In this document: positions 1 through 12,000 of the stretch, in pieces
Layout of the letters: every line of letters begins with the position of its first letter
Position numbering within the stretch: position 1 is the stretch's first letter
NCBI RefSeq assembly: GCF_044704955.1
Contig: NC_091978.1
Span: forward strand, 209,808,001 to 209,872,000
DNA from: Pristiophorus japonicus
Lineage: Eukaryota
Length of the DNA stretch: 64,000 bases
Direction: 5' to 3'
Translations under genes and position numbers: made by a program
The notes under the pieces: generated by a model
The model's database searches: none
The model's input: only the letters and a program-made list of their open reading frames with translations
Told to the model about the DNA's origin: nothing

Positions 1-202
1 ACAGGGTGGGACCATGGCTCAAGCAGAGATTTACTTTGCTGTTGGTGAAAATTCAATGAAAGCCTCCACTGTGGAAAAAAATGACTTTGATTTAGAAAAA
101 AAATGACTTTTGTCATGGGAGTTTGAATTGGAACAATTTCAGCACACTCCAAAAACACCTGTGATTCAAAACTGGGCAGGTGGGAACTTTAGTAAAGACT
201 AT

Positions 203-812
203 GGGCTAGAAATTGGCCAGCCTTACACCCATTTTTTAGGTGATATTTCGCCTTTTTTGACGTTAAAAGGTGCTCACCTAAATTGGCCAAAGTTATGCGG
301 CAGCGGTTTTGAAAAACCTTGAAAATTGGACCGCCGACGTGCATCGCCAAAAAAAGCGCTATCACTTTAAATTGACCGTTCGACGCACCAGTATTCTGCG
401 CGAAAAAAAACGTCAGGTAAAAAGCTGCATTGCCGCCTCAGAAACAGCAGCAAGTACGAAGACCTAGAAAAAAGATAGGTTAAAGTTTTTATTTTTTTAA
501 TTCTTTTGCAGCGATTACTTAGTTAAGGGTCTTGTAAATGTTTTGTGAATTTAGATTTTTTGTTTTTTGCAATTTATTTTGTTTCTCCTCCCCCCTCCCA
601 GGACCTGTCTTTTTAGCGGTAATCGGTCTCGAACAAAAGTTGTCGAGGATTGTGGTTTCCACCGCGAATCCTCGTGCAATGCCAATTTTTACCGTCGCCC
701 GCATTTTGTTGCCAATTTTACCCCTTAAAAAAAATAGTGGTATTTGTAACGGTATTTTTGCGCAAAAATGCTGGGGAAAAAATGCTATCGCCAAAAGTTC
801 AATTTCTAGCCC
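203..812. mobile_element. Non-autonomous DNA transposon (MITE), probably Harbinger-derived
   Basis: Perfect 13-bp terminal inverted repeats GGGCTAGAAATTG (203-215) and CAATTTCTAGCCC (800-812); CpG-rich non-coding interior; no clean TSD. Confidence 0.7.
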
Positions 813-903
813 AAAGATTCAATCTCCAATCTTCTGATTGAGAAGCCAATACGACATATGGAATTTAAAAAAATATTAAGCAGTGAAACCACTCAGAACT
901 TAC

Positions 904-1062
904 CTGTCAAATGTTATACCTTTTCCTACAAAGACTAATGGTGATTCACCCGAGATTGTGGAACCGTTATAGTGAATCTCTAAGAAAACTGGTTCTTCAT
1001 CTGAGCCTTTAGCTACACTAAGGAAAGCTCCCATCTGTTGTTTCTCAATCCAGGATTTGGGT
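904..1062 (-). CDS. LAP3: Cytosol leucine aminopeptidase (M17 family), internal exon (about exon 7), 159 nt
   Basis: Encodes (R)PKSWIEKQQMGAFLSVAKGSDEEPVFLEIHY...PLVFVGKGITFD(S) with the M17 VGKGITFD motif; AG acceptor at 1064-1063, GTAAGT donor starting at 903. Confidence 0.96.
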
Positions 1063-1184
1063 CTATGAATAATGTAAGAAACAGATGAAAAACAAACATT
1101 ATTGTAAACTGCCTTCAATAAAACAATGTCTTACATAATAACCATTCCTTTTAATTCACTCATCGTTGGCAAAGCTGGAAGTGT

Positions 1185-1460
1185 TTGCCTATTCCTGGTT
1201 GCACCGAGTGGCTTGCTAGGCCATTGCAGCAGGCAGTTAAGAATCAATCACATTGCTGTGGAACTGGAGTCACATATAGAACAGATCGGGCAAGGACAGC
1301 AGATTTTCTTCTCTGAATTACATCAGTGGGTTTTACAGCAATTCGAGACTTTAATGGTGACTTTTTACTGATACCAGTTTTTTTTTGATAACTGAATTCA
1401 AATTCTCAAACTGCCATGGTGGGATTTGAAATCACGTTCTTTTGATGATTAGTCCAGGCC
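1185..1460 (-). mobile_element. tRNA-derived SINE, HE1-like shark SINE, degenerate
   Basis: Reverse-strand B-box-like TTCAAATCCCACCATGGCAG head; body resembles the plus-strand copy at 62190-62345. Confidence 0.5.
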
Positions 1461-1756
1461 TTTATTTCCCCACCATCCCATGTAGTGAATCATGTGAATA
1501 GAATTAGCTCTTGGATGCACATAACACTCTTGTTCACATATTTGAAACTAAGTGCTGGATGATGATATGAATGCTTTTTATTAGTCAACCTAGACATAGA
1601 TGGCTCAGAAGAGTTGCTGAAAATTATGAATCTGATGAGAGTTACACAATAACATTGGTTAAAGCTCTGCCAAGATGCATTTGATTCTTCTACTGCAAAC
1701 CTTGAGTTGAACATAGTAGGTGTAGGCTGCGGCCTTTTCCTTTGGAGATTTATCCT

Positions 1757-1960
1757 CCTTCCTCACCAAATTTCTCTGGTTCTCTCCCTTTGCTGGGGTA
1801 TGGTTTCACAAGTGCCAGGTGCTCTCTGGTACCATATCCAAGTGATCATTCTGAATGTTGACTGGGAGTGTTGCCAGCTAACTCAGCAGGAATAGGGGAA
1901 TCCAGTCTCACAGCTTTCCAGTCTGCATGGCTCAGCTATTCATTACTTCAACTCATTGGG
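1757..1960 (-). mobile_element. LF-SINE-like fragment, internally deleted
   Basis: Reverse complement contains GAATGATCACTTGG...GGTACCAGAGAG...CCATACCCCAGCAAAG, similar to the 3' part of the copy at 45525-45910. Confidence 0.55.
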
Positions 1961-2400
1961 TTAGGGGAGTGAGGTTTGTCCTTGCAGTTTTTATTAGGAG
2001 CGAATAAATACAAAAAAATCCTGAGTTACTGTTATTCCGCACTTTGGCAAAGCAATTTAAAAAATGAACACATAACTCTTTTAGCCGTCAGTTAAGTTAC
2101 ACCGGCAGGTAATAAGACTGCCGACAGTCTGTCTCAAAGAGGAAAAGCCTTCATTTATTTTTACAGCATAAACACAATATATTAAAGATAACATATACAG
2201 GGGACTAAGAACAGATAATAGAGAAGCATTCTCTGTATTAACCAAACTGTTCACAGTCTGAAGTTTTCCTTTGCCACATCTTAATAAATTAATAAAAGCG
2301 GACCGTGAACCATTTGCACTCTGCCCTCCAGCCTTTTTCTCATAAGTACTGCAACTCTACATTTAATGTTACCATTCTCAGAACAGGATGCCAGAATTAC

Positions 2401-2565
2401 CTTATGTGTACTTTGACTTTATCACCTGTTGAATGCAGTGCTTGTTGAATGGCCTCAGCAAAACTGGTTGGAGTTAAATAATTAGCTGGTGCTTCCATCA
2501 AATGCCGTGCTAAATTCTGTCCTTCTGCATACAAAACTCCTTTCTGCCAAGCGTCACTTTCCAAA
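2401..2565 (-). CDS. LAP3: Leucine aminopeptidase internal exon (about exon 6), 165 nt
   Basis: Encodes LESDAWQKGVLYAEGQNLARHLMEAPANYLTPTSFAE...KVKVHI(R); poly-T plus AG acceptor at 2567-2566, GTAATT donor starting at 2400; phase compatible with the 904-1062 exon. Confidence 0.96.
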
Positions 2566-2889
2566 CTTGCAAAAAAAAATACAGGTTTTTTTAAAAATGT
2601 GCACGTTAAATTCAATGCAATTCAATGAAGCAACGATATTCAGCTATCAGATCTAAATGACTGTCAGACGAATCCGTTAAAATAAAATCGAGTCTGCAGT
2701 CTTCAGTACTTATTTGAGCAATTTATGTAGTTTCAAAAGGGCAGCATTTTTTCCTTAGAGTTCTTGTACCAAACTACAGAAATCAGCCAAAAAGATGAGT
2801 TTTACTTTAAAACCTAATTATTTACAGTACTGAATACCAGAAAAGTGGTTATTATTGCAGGTAAGTGAACAGGTTTAATTAGATTCCAT

Positions 2890-3480
2890 GGGCTCAAGTT
2901 TTGGCCTGATTTGCTCCTTTTTTTTGGAGCAACTAGTTTAGAATGGAGCATCTTAGAAATTGCAATTCTCGGCATTTAGTTTGCTCCCGTTCTGGTGAGT
3001 TAGAATAGTTTCATTTTAGAACAGATTTTTTTTCAAAAGGGGGCGCGTCCAGCTACTTACGCCTGTTTTACAAGTTTAGGCAGCGAAAACTTACTCCAAA
3101 CTAACTTAGAATGGAGTAAGTGTAGATTTTTGTACGCTCAGAAAAACCTTGCCTACACTTATAAATCAGGCGTAGGGAACGATAGATTGGGGGGGGGGGG
3201 TGCCAGGAAAGGGGGTTTACAAACATTAAACACTTCACTTTTACAAATAAAGAGCCATCATCAATAATAAATGATATATAAATCAATAAATCAATACAAA
3301 AAAATTAAAAAATTAAAAATAATTTTTTTTTAAAATCAATAAATAAAAAATTAAGTTTCTACTCACCGACTGCAGCACCCGGGAGCCCTTCAACAGCGTG
3401 CTGGGACGGGGCCACACAACACCCACCCCCAGTGTCTGTCTTTTTCTATATCTCTGTCAGTGTCTGTGTTTCTGACAGCG
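2890..3480. mobile_element. Left part of a MITE-like element that runs into the G-rich tract
   Basis: Starts GGGCTCAAGTTT, similar to the TIR at 203; repeated TTTGCTCC/GGAGCAA subterminal motifs; right end not seen (gap). Confidence 0.45.
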
Positions 3481-5574
3481 AGGGGTGGGGGTGGGGGGTG
3501 GGGGTGGGGGGGGGGGGGAGGAAGGGCAGGGGAGGGAGAGCATGGGAGGGAGAGCAGGAGAAGGAGAGGGGGGAAAGAGGCGAGGGGTGAAAGAGGCGAG
3601 GTGGTGGAGAGGCGAGGGGGAGGGTGGAGAGGCGAGGGGGGGGGGGAGAAGAAGCGTGGGGGAGGGAGAAGCAGGGGGGAGGGAGAAGCGGGGGGGGAGG
3701 AGAAGCGGGGGGGGGGGAGAAGCGGGGGGGAGGGAGAAGCGGGGGGGAGGAGAAGCGGGGGGGGGGAGAAGCGGGGGGGGGGGGGAGGAGAAGCGGGGGG
3801 GAGGGAGAAGCGGGGGGGAGGGAGAAGCGGGGGGGAGGGAGAAGCGGGGGGGGGGGGAGAAGCGGGGGGGAGGAGAAGCGGGGGGGGGGGAAGCAGGGGG
3901 GGAGGAGAAGCGGGCGGGGGGGGGAAGCAGGGGGGGAGGAGAAGCGGGGGGGAAGCAGGGGGAGAGGAGAAGCGGGGGGGGAGGAGAAGCGGGGGGGAGG
4001 AGAAGCGGGGGGGGAGGAGAAGCGGGGGGGGGGGAGGAGAAGCGGGGGGGGGAGGAGAAGCGGGGGGGGGGGGGAGAAGCGGGGGGGGGGAGGAGAAGCG
4101 GGGGGGGAGGAGAAGCGGGGGGGGAGAAGCGGGGGGGAAAAGAAGCGGGGGGGGGAGGAGAAGGGAGGGGGGAGGAGAAGCGAGGGGGGAAGAGAAGCGG
4201 GGGGGGGGGGGAGATAAGAAGCGGGAGGGGAAGGAGAAAGCGGGGGGGGGGAGGAGGAGAAGAAGCGGGGGGGGAGGAGGAGGGGGAGAGAGAAGGGAGC
4301 GAGAGAGAAGCGGGGGGGGGGGAGAGAGAAGCGGGGGGGGAGGAGAGAAACGGGGGAGGGGGGGAAGAGGAGGAGGGGGAAGAGGAGGAGGGGGAAGAGG
4401 AGGGGGGAAAGAGGAGGGGGGAAAGAGGAGGGGGGGAAGAGGAGGGGGGGGATGAGGAGGAGGGGAGGGATGAGGAGGGGGGGGGAGAGATGGGGGGGAA
4501 GAGGAGGGGGGGAAGAGGAGGGGGGGGAAGAGGAGGGGGGGAAGAGGAGGGGGGGAAGAGGAGGGGGGGGAAGAGGAGGGGGGGGAAGAGGAGGGGGTTG
4601 AAGAGGAGGGGGTTGAAGAGGAGGGGGGTGAAGAGGAGGGGGGTGAAGAGGAGGGGGGGGAAGAGGAGGGGGGGAAGAGGAGGGGGGGAAGAGGAGGGGG
4701 GGGAGAGAGGGGGGGGAAGAGGAGGGGGGGAAGAGGAGGGGGGGGGAAGAGGAGGGGGGGAAAGAGGAGGGGCGGGGAAGAGGAGGGGGGAAGAGGCGGG
4801 GGGGAAGAGGAGGGGGGGGAAGAGGAGGGGGGAAGAGGAGGGGGGTGGGAAGAGGAGGGGGGAAGAGGAGGGGAGGAAGAGGAGGGGGGGAAGAGGAGGG
4901 GGGGAAGAGGAGGAGGGGAAGAGAAGGGGGGAAGAGGAGGAGGGGGAAGAGAAGGGGGGAAGAGGAGGGTGGGGGAAGAGGAGGGTGGGGGAAGAGGAGG
5001 GGGGGAAGAGGAGGGGGGGGAAGAGGAGGGGGGGAAGAGGAGGGGGGGGAAGAGGAGGGGGGGAAGAGGAGGGGGGGGAAGAGGAGGGGGGGAAGAGGAG
5101 GGGGGGGAAGAGGAGGGGTGGGGAGAAGGGGGGGAAGAGGAGAGGGGGGAAGAGGAGGGGGGGAAGAGGAGGGGAAAGAAGAGGAGGGGGGAGAAGAGGA
5201 GAAGGGGGGCGGAATGGTGAGGAGAGATGGAGGAGAAGAGGAGGGGGAGAGGGGGAAGAGGAGAGGGAGAAGAGGAGGGGGGGAGAAGAGGAGGAGGGGG
5301 GGAGAAGAGGAGGTGGGGGGGAGAAGTGGAGGAGGGGGGGAGAAGAGGAGGAGGGGGGAGAAGAGGAGGAGGGGGGGGAGAAGAAGAGGAGGGGGGGAGA
5401 AGAAAGGAGGGGGGGAGAAGAAGAGGAGGGGGGGGAGAAGAAGAGGAGGGGGGGAGAAGAAGAGGAGGGGGAGAAGAAGAGGAGGCGAGGAGGAATGGTG
5501 AGGAGGGGGAGAGGGGGAAGAGGAGGGGAGAGGGGGAAGAGGAGGGAGGGGAGAGGGGGAAGAGGAGGGGGGGT
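3481..5574 (+). repeat. Purine-rich low-complexity tandem array, (GGAGAAGCG5-10)n then (GAAGAGGAG5-8)n
   Basis: About 2.1 kb almost entirely G/A on the plus strand, ending at the N run. Confidence 0.97.
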
Positions 5575-6011
5575 NNNNNNNNNNNNNNNNNNNNNNNNNN
5601 NNNNNNNNNNNNNNNNNNNNNNNNNNNNNNNNNNNNNNNNNNNNNNNNNNNNNNNNNNNNNNNNNNNNNNNNNNNNNNNNNNNNNNNNNNNNNNNNNNNN
5701 NNNNNNNNNNNNNNNNNNNNNNNNNNNNNNNNNNNNNNNNNNNNNNNNNNNNNNNNNNNNNNNNNNNNNNNNNNNNNNNNNNNNNNNNNNNNNNNNNNNN
5801 NNNNNNNNNNGNNNNNNNNNNNNNNNNNNNNNNNNNNNNNNNNNNNNNNNNNNNNNNNNNNNNNNNNNNNNNNNNNNNNNNNNNNNNNNNNNNNNNNNNN
5901 NNNNNNNNNNNNNNNNNNNNNNNNNNNNNNNNNNNNNNNNNNNNNNNNNNNNNNNNNNNNNNNNNNNNNNNNNNNNNNNNNNNNNNNNNNNNNNNNNNNN
6001 NNNNNNNNNNN
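5575..6011. other. Assembly gap (236 N, a single G at 5811, 200 N)
   Basis: N characters in the sequence. Confidence 0.99.
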
Positions 6012-6097
6012 GTAGCAAGCTGTTGAAATATATTTTTTTACTTTGATTGTTGTTTCCTGGTTGATATTTTTTTTTTAAGGTGAAAAAATTTTCCACG

Positions 6098-6265
6098 GGT
6101 TTCCCTGATGTTTCAATGGGTAAATACACCTGTGGTACACAGTCTTAAAAATCAGAAAGATCACAGGTTATATGCCGAGTCTGTGCCAAGTGAGCTGATC
6201 TCAGCTCAGGTGGCAGTGAGGACACTACAATCGGCCTCTGGGCAAGGAAAGGATAAAAAAGCAAG
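6098..6265 (+). mobile_element. LF-SINE-like 5' half
   Basis: GTCTGTGCCAAGTGAGCTGATCTCAGC...CTACAATCGGCCTC resembles the LF-SINE body and the copy at 45525. Confidence 0.55.
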
Positions 6266-6267
6266 AG

Positions 6268-6575
6268 AAACACTTGCATTTATATAGCACTATTCACAAC
6301 ATCAGGAAATCCCATAGTGCTTTTCTTCAAAAAAAAGTTTGAGCACTGTTGTGATGCAGGGAACACAGCAGCCAACATTGCCCACAGCAAGGTCCCAAAA
6401 ATAGCAATGAGATAATAACTAGATCATCTGTTTTAGGTGTTGATTGAGAGATAAATATTGGCCAGGACACTGGGAGAACTCCCCCACTCTTCTTCGTATA
6501 GTGTCATGGGATCTTTTACATACACATAAGAGGACAGACGAGACCTCGGTTTAACATCTCATCCGAAAGACGAAT
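6268..6575 (-). mobile_element. SacSINE1/DeuSINE-like SINE, 5'-truncated
   Basis: Reverse complement of Deu-domain sequence CGTCTTTCGGATGAGATGTTAAACCGAGG; tail GCTATATAAATGCAAG. Confidence 0.75.
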
Positions 6576-6807
6576 TCCTGCTTCTATAACCACTGGTTTA
6601 TACTTGGGTGATGAGGTGAGGATCAGACTGATTTGTGATACCCTCAAGATACCAGTAGAGCTACCAACGAAGAGACATTTTAACAGTACACATAAGTATG
6701 CATATTGTAGATCAATACATTTTCTGTCCCACTCTACCCAACAGAATTTCCATGTGTGAAATGGCACTGGCCAGTTGGAAAAGGATACCTTGTAGCTTAC
6801 CTTAGGG

Positions 6808-6814
6808 TGTCAGC

Positions 6815-6852
<38 letters not shown>

Positions 6853-7248
6853 AGGTTGTGGTTCAAGTCCCACTTCAGAGCTTGAGCATAAAGAAAAAAA
6901 TCTGTGCTGAGGGAGTGCTGCACTGTCAGAGGTGCCGTCTTTTGGGTGAGACGTTAAACCAAGGCCCTATCTGCTTTCTCAGGTGGACGTAAAAAGTCCC
7001 ATGGCACTATTTCGAAGAGCAGGGGAGTTATTCCCGCTGTCCTGGCCAATATTTATCCCTCAATCAACATCACTAAAAATAGATTATGTGGTCATTATCA
7101 CATTGCTGTTTGTGGGAGCTTGCTGTGAACAAATTAGCTGCTGTGTTTCCTACATTACAACAGTGACTACACTTCAAAAGTACTTCATTGGTTGTAGAGT
7201 GCTTTGCAATGTCCGGTTGTCATGAAATATACTTGCTAGTCTTTCTTT
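6808..7248 (+). mobile_element. SacSINE1/DeuSINE-like tRNA-derived SINE, near full length
   Basis: Pol III A box TGGCTCAGTGG (6817-6827), B box GGTTCAAGTCC (6860-6870), Deu-domain GCTGCACTGTCAGAGGTGCCGTCTTTTGGGTGAGACGTTAAACC. Confidence 0.8.
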
Positions 7249-7337
7249 ATACATCAAAATCAGACCAACAATTGGATGAGATGGTTATCAGAGAGACTTC
7301 CCATGTGACTGCACCCAACTGTGAACCTTTGGGAAAA

Positions 7338-8560
7338 GAACAACAACTTGCATTTATATAGCTCCTTTACTCTAGTGAAACATCTTAAGGCACTTCACAG
7401 GAGTATTATGAGATAAAAATTTGACAGCAAGCTGCATAAGTAGACATTGGTGCAGGTGACCAAAAGCTTGGTCAAAGAAGTATGTTTTAAGGAGCGTCTT
7501 GAAGGAGGAAAGAGGGAGAGAGGCAGAGATTTAGGCAATGAGTTCCAGAGCTTGGGGCCTAGGCAATAGAAGGCACAGCCACCAATGATTGAGCGATTAT
7601 AATCAGGTATGCTCAGGAGGGCAGAATTAGAGGAGCGCAGACATCTCGGGTCGGTGGGGGGGGGGGGGGGGGTTGTGGGGCTGGAGGAGAGTAGAGATAG
7701 TGAGGGGCGAGGCTATGGAGGGATTTGAAAATATGAGAATTTTGAAATCGAGGCGTTGCTTATCTGGATGCCTACGTAGGTCAGCGAGCACATGGGTGAT
7801 GGGTGAACAGGACTTGGTGCGAGTTAGGACACGGGCAGCCGAGTTTTGGATCATCTCCAGTTTACATAGGGTAGAATGTGGGAGGCCAGCCAGGAGTGCG
7901 TTGGAATAGTCAAGTCTAAAGGTAACAAAGCCATGTATGAGGGCTTCAGCAGCAGATGATCTGAGGCAAGGACGAAGATGGGTGATGTTGCAGAGGTGAA
8001 AATAGGCGGTCTTAGTTATGCTGCGGATATGTGGTCGAAAGCTAATTTCAGGATCAAATATGACACCAAAGTTGCGAACAGTCTGGTTCAGCCTCAGACA
8101 GGAATTGGGAAGAGGGATGGAGTCAGTGTCTAGGGAATGGAATTTGTGGCGGGGACCAAAAACAATTACTTCGGTCTTCCCAAAATTCAATTGGAGAACA
8201 TTTCTCCTCATCCAGAACTGGATGTCGGACAAGCAAACAAACAATTTAGAGACCATGGAGGGGTAGGAGAGAAGTGATAGTGAGGTAGAGCTGGGTGTCA
8301 TCAGCGTACATGTGGCAACTGATGCTGTGTTTCCAGATGATGTCGCCAAGGGGCAACATGTAGATGAGAAATAGGAGGGGAACAAGGCTAGATCCTTGGG
8401 GGGGGCACCAGAGGTAACGATGTGGGAGCAGGAGGAGAAGATGCTGCAGGTGATTCTTTAGCTACGAGTAGATAGATAAGAATGGAACCAGGCAAGTGCA
8501 GTCCCACCCAGCTGGACGACAGTGGAGAGGTGTTGGAGAAGGATAGAGTGGTCAACCGTC
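7338..8560 (-). mobile_element. L2-clade LINE, 5'-truncated
   Basis: ORF 7627-8385 has LQLNFGKTEVIVFG, RLDYSNALLAGLP and QNSAARVL, typical of the L2 RT C-terminus; tail GCTATATAAATGCAAG(TTG)n. Confidence 0.9.
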
Positions 8561-8639
8561 GGGGCCACAAACCCGGGGGAGAGGAGACCCAAACCAAGGT
8601 GGGGGAAGGGGGAGGTGGAGGGAACCTAATAGAGGTCTT

Positions 8640-8940
8640 TAGGATAGGGTAGATATAGAGAAGATGTTGACCAGATCGAGGGGCCATCAATATAAGATAG
8701 TCACTAATAAATCCAATCAGGAGTTCAAGCGAAACTTCTTTACCCGAAGAGTGGTGTGACTGTGGAACTCACTAGCACAAGAAATAGTTAAGGCGAAGGC
8801 ATAGATGAATTTCAGGAGAAGCTAGATACACACATGAGAAAGATGGAATAGAAGGATATATTGATGGGGTTAAAGAAGGACATGGACCTGTGGGGCCAAA
8901 TGCTCGGTTTCTGTGCTGTAAATACTATGTAATACTATGT
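8640..8940 (+). mobile_element. CR1 3'-end fragment
   Basis: FFTRRVV..WNSL-type sequence followed by a CR1 3' UTR and ATACTATGTA repeats. Confidence 0.65.
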
Positions 8941-9024
8941 AAATCCAGCAGCTACAGGTCAGTCAGCCCAATGTCAGTGGTGGGGAAATCTTTAGACACA
9001 ATAACCCGAGACAAAATTAATTGG

Positions 9025-12000
9025 CATAAGAACATAAGAAATGGGAGCCGGAGTAGGTCTTTTGGCCCCTCGATCCTGCTCCGCCATTCAATAAGCTCAT
9101 GGCTGATATGATCATGGACTCAGCTCCACTTCCCTGCCCATTCCCCACCCTTCATTCCCTTAACGCTCAAAAATCTGTCATCTCCACCTTAAATATATTC
9201 AATGACTCAGCCTCAACAGCTCTCTGCGGCAGAGAATTCCATAGATTTACAATCCTCAGAGAAGAAATTCCTCCTCATCTCCATTCTAATGAGCGACCCC
9301 TTATTCTGAAACTATGTCCCGTAGTTCTAGATTCCCCAATGAGGGGAAACATCCTCTCTGCATCTACCTTGTCGAGCCCCCTCAGTATCTTATATGTTTC
9401 AATAAGATCACCTCTCTTTCTTCTAAACGCCAATAAGTATAGGCCCAACCTGCTCAACCTTTTTTCAGAAGTCAGCCCCTTCATCTCAGGAATCAACCTA
9501 GTGAATCTTCTCTGAACTGCCGCCAATGCAAGTATATCCCTCCTTAAATAAGGAGACCAAAACTGTACGCAGTACTCCAGGTGTGGCCTCACCAATACCC
9601 TGTACAGTTGTAGCAGGACTTCGCTGCTTTTATACTCTATCCCCCCTTGCAATAAAGGCCAACATTCCATTTGCCTTCCTAATTACTTGCTGTACCTGCA
9701 TACTAACTTTTTTGTGTTTCATGCACAAGGACCTCCAGGTCCCTCCGTACTGCAGCATTTTGTAATTTTTCTCCATTTAAATAATTTGCTTTTTTATTTT
9801 TCCTCCCAAAGTGGATAACCTTACACTTTCCCACATTATACTCCATCTGCCAAATGTTTGGCACTCACTTAGCCTGTCTATATCCCTTTGCAGATTTTTT
9901 GTGTCCTCCTCACAACTTGCTTTCCCACCCATCTTTGTACCATCAGCAAACTTGGCTACATTACACTCGGTCCCTTCATCTAAGTCATTAATATAAATTG
10001 TAAATAGTTGAGGACCCAGCACCGATCCCTGCGGCACCCCACTAGTTACTGTTTGCCAACCGGAAAATGACCCATTTATCTCGACTCTCTGTTTTCTGTT
10101 TGTTAGCCAATCCTCTATCCATGCTAATATATTACCCCCAACCCCGTGAACTTTTATCTTGTGCAGTAATCTTTTATGTGGCACCTTATCAAATGCCTTA
10201 TGGAAATCCAAATACACCACATCCACTGGTTCTCCTTTATCCACCCTGCTCATTACATCCTCATTACTCCAGCAAATTTGTCAAACATGATTTCCTTTTC
10301 ATAAAACCATGCTGACTCTGCTTGCCTTTATTATGCTTTTCCAAATGTCCTGCTGTTGCTTCCTTAATAATGGACTCCAGCATTTTCCCAACAACAGATG
10401 TTAGGCTAACTGGTCTAGAATTTCCTGCTTTCTGTCTGCCTCCTTTTTTAAATAGGGGTGTTACATTTGATTACATCCAATGCATCCATTATCTCTGCAG
10501 CCATTTTTTTTTAAGACCCAAGGATACAGGCCATTAGGTCCAGGGGACTTGTCCACCATTAGTCCTGTTATTTTATCAAGTACCCTACTACTTCTTTAGT
10601 GATAAGCTCCTACCTCTCTATAGCTCCTTGATTATCCACTATTGGGAGGTTTTTAGTGTTTTCTACCGTGAAGACTGATACAAAATATTTGTTCAAAGTC
10701 TCTGCCATTTCCCTGTTCCCCATTATTAATTCCCCAGTCTCATCCTCTAGAGGACCAACATTTACTTTAGCTACTCTCTTCTTTCATATACCTGTAGAAA
10801 CTCTATCTGTTTTTATATTTCTTGCTAGATCTATCTTCCCACTATTATTTTTTTAGTTGTCCTGTGATGGTTTAAAAATTTCCAATCCTCTAATCTTGGC
10901 AACTTTGTATGCCATTGTTTTCAATTTGATACCATTTACTTCCTTAGTTAGCCACGGATGGTTATCCCATCTCTTAAAGTCTTTCCTTCTCACTGGAATA
11001 TATTTTTGTTGAGAGTTATGAAATATCTCCTTAAATATCTTCCACTGTTTATCAACCGTCTTATACTTTAATCTATTTTCCCAGTCCACTTTAGCCAACT
11101 CTGCCCTCATACCTTTGTAATCGCCTTTATTTAAGATTAGGTTGCTGATTTGAGATCCATCTTTCTCACCCTCCAACTGAATTTGAAATTCAACCATGCT
11201 ATGATCACTCCTTCCTAGAGGATCCTTTACTATGAGATAATTTATTAGTCCTGTCTCATTACACAGTACTAGATCCAAGGTAGCCTGCTCCCTGGTTGGT
11301 TCCGCAACGTACTGTTCAAGTCCACCATCCCGGATACACTCTACGAACTCCTCCTCAAGGCTACCTTGGCCAACTTGATTTGTCCAATCAATATGAAGAT
11401 TAAAATCGCCCATGATTACTGCCATACCTTTCTTACAAGCCTCTAATATTAGCTTCTGTTAGGGGGCCTATAGACTATACCACCAGTGATTTATTCCCCT
11501 TATTATTTCTTGCCTCCACCCAAACTGATTCTACATCTTGATCTTCTGAGCCAATATAATTTCTCCCTACTGCACTGATCTCATCCTTTCTTTACAGAGC
11601 TACCCACCTCCTTTTCCTTTCTGTCTATCCTTCCAAATTGTCAAATACCCCTGAATATTCAATTCCCAGACTTGGTCACCTTGCAACCACGTCTCTGTAA
11701 TGGCTATCAGATCATACCCATTTATATCTATTTGTGCCGTCAACTCATCTATCTTGATACAAATGCTGCGTGCATTCAGATAAAGAGCTTTTAATTTTGT
11801 CTTTTTACCATTTTTTCCTGCTTTGACCCCACTTTCTGATACACGCTTATTTCTGTCCCTTCCTGTCACACTCCGGTTATCATTTCCCTCACCGCTATCC
11901 TGCTCTATTCCCTTCTCCTTGCTCTTTGACTTTTTAATTTTCCGCTCACCTGAACCCTCCCCACTATTTAGTTTAAAGCCCTCTTCACAGCCCTAGTTAT

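Noticed and set aside
5575-6011. Gap length of 437 nt equals the recalled summed length of human LAP3 exons 2-5
   Set aside because: The gap is 236 N + G + 200 N, typical of scaffolding placeholders, and real exons would carry introns; treated as coincidence.
3457-6129. Very long Pro/Ser-rich and Gly/Arg/Glu-rich ORFs (up to 890 aa)
   Set aside because: Artefacts of a stop-free G/A repeat plus the N run; no domain content, and located in a LAP3 intron.
6012-6130. Weak resemblance of post-gap translations to LAP3 exons 3-4
   Set aside because: No conserved motifs or splice sites; AT-rich contig edge overlapping an LF-SINE-like fragment.
6810-6875. tRNA-like sequence with A and B boxes
   Set aside because: Continues directly into a SINE body, so it is a SINE head rather than a tRNA gene.
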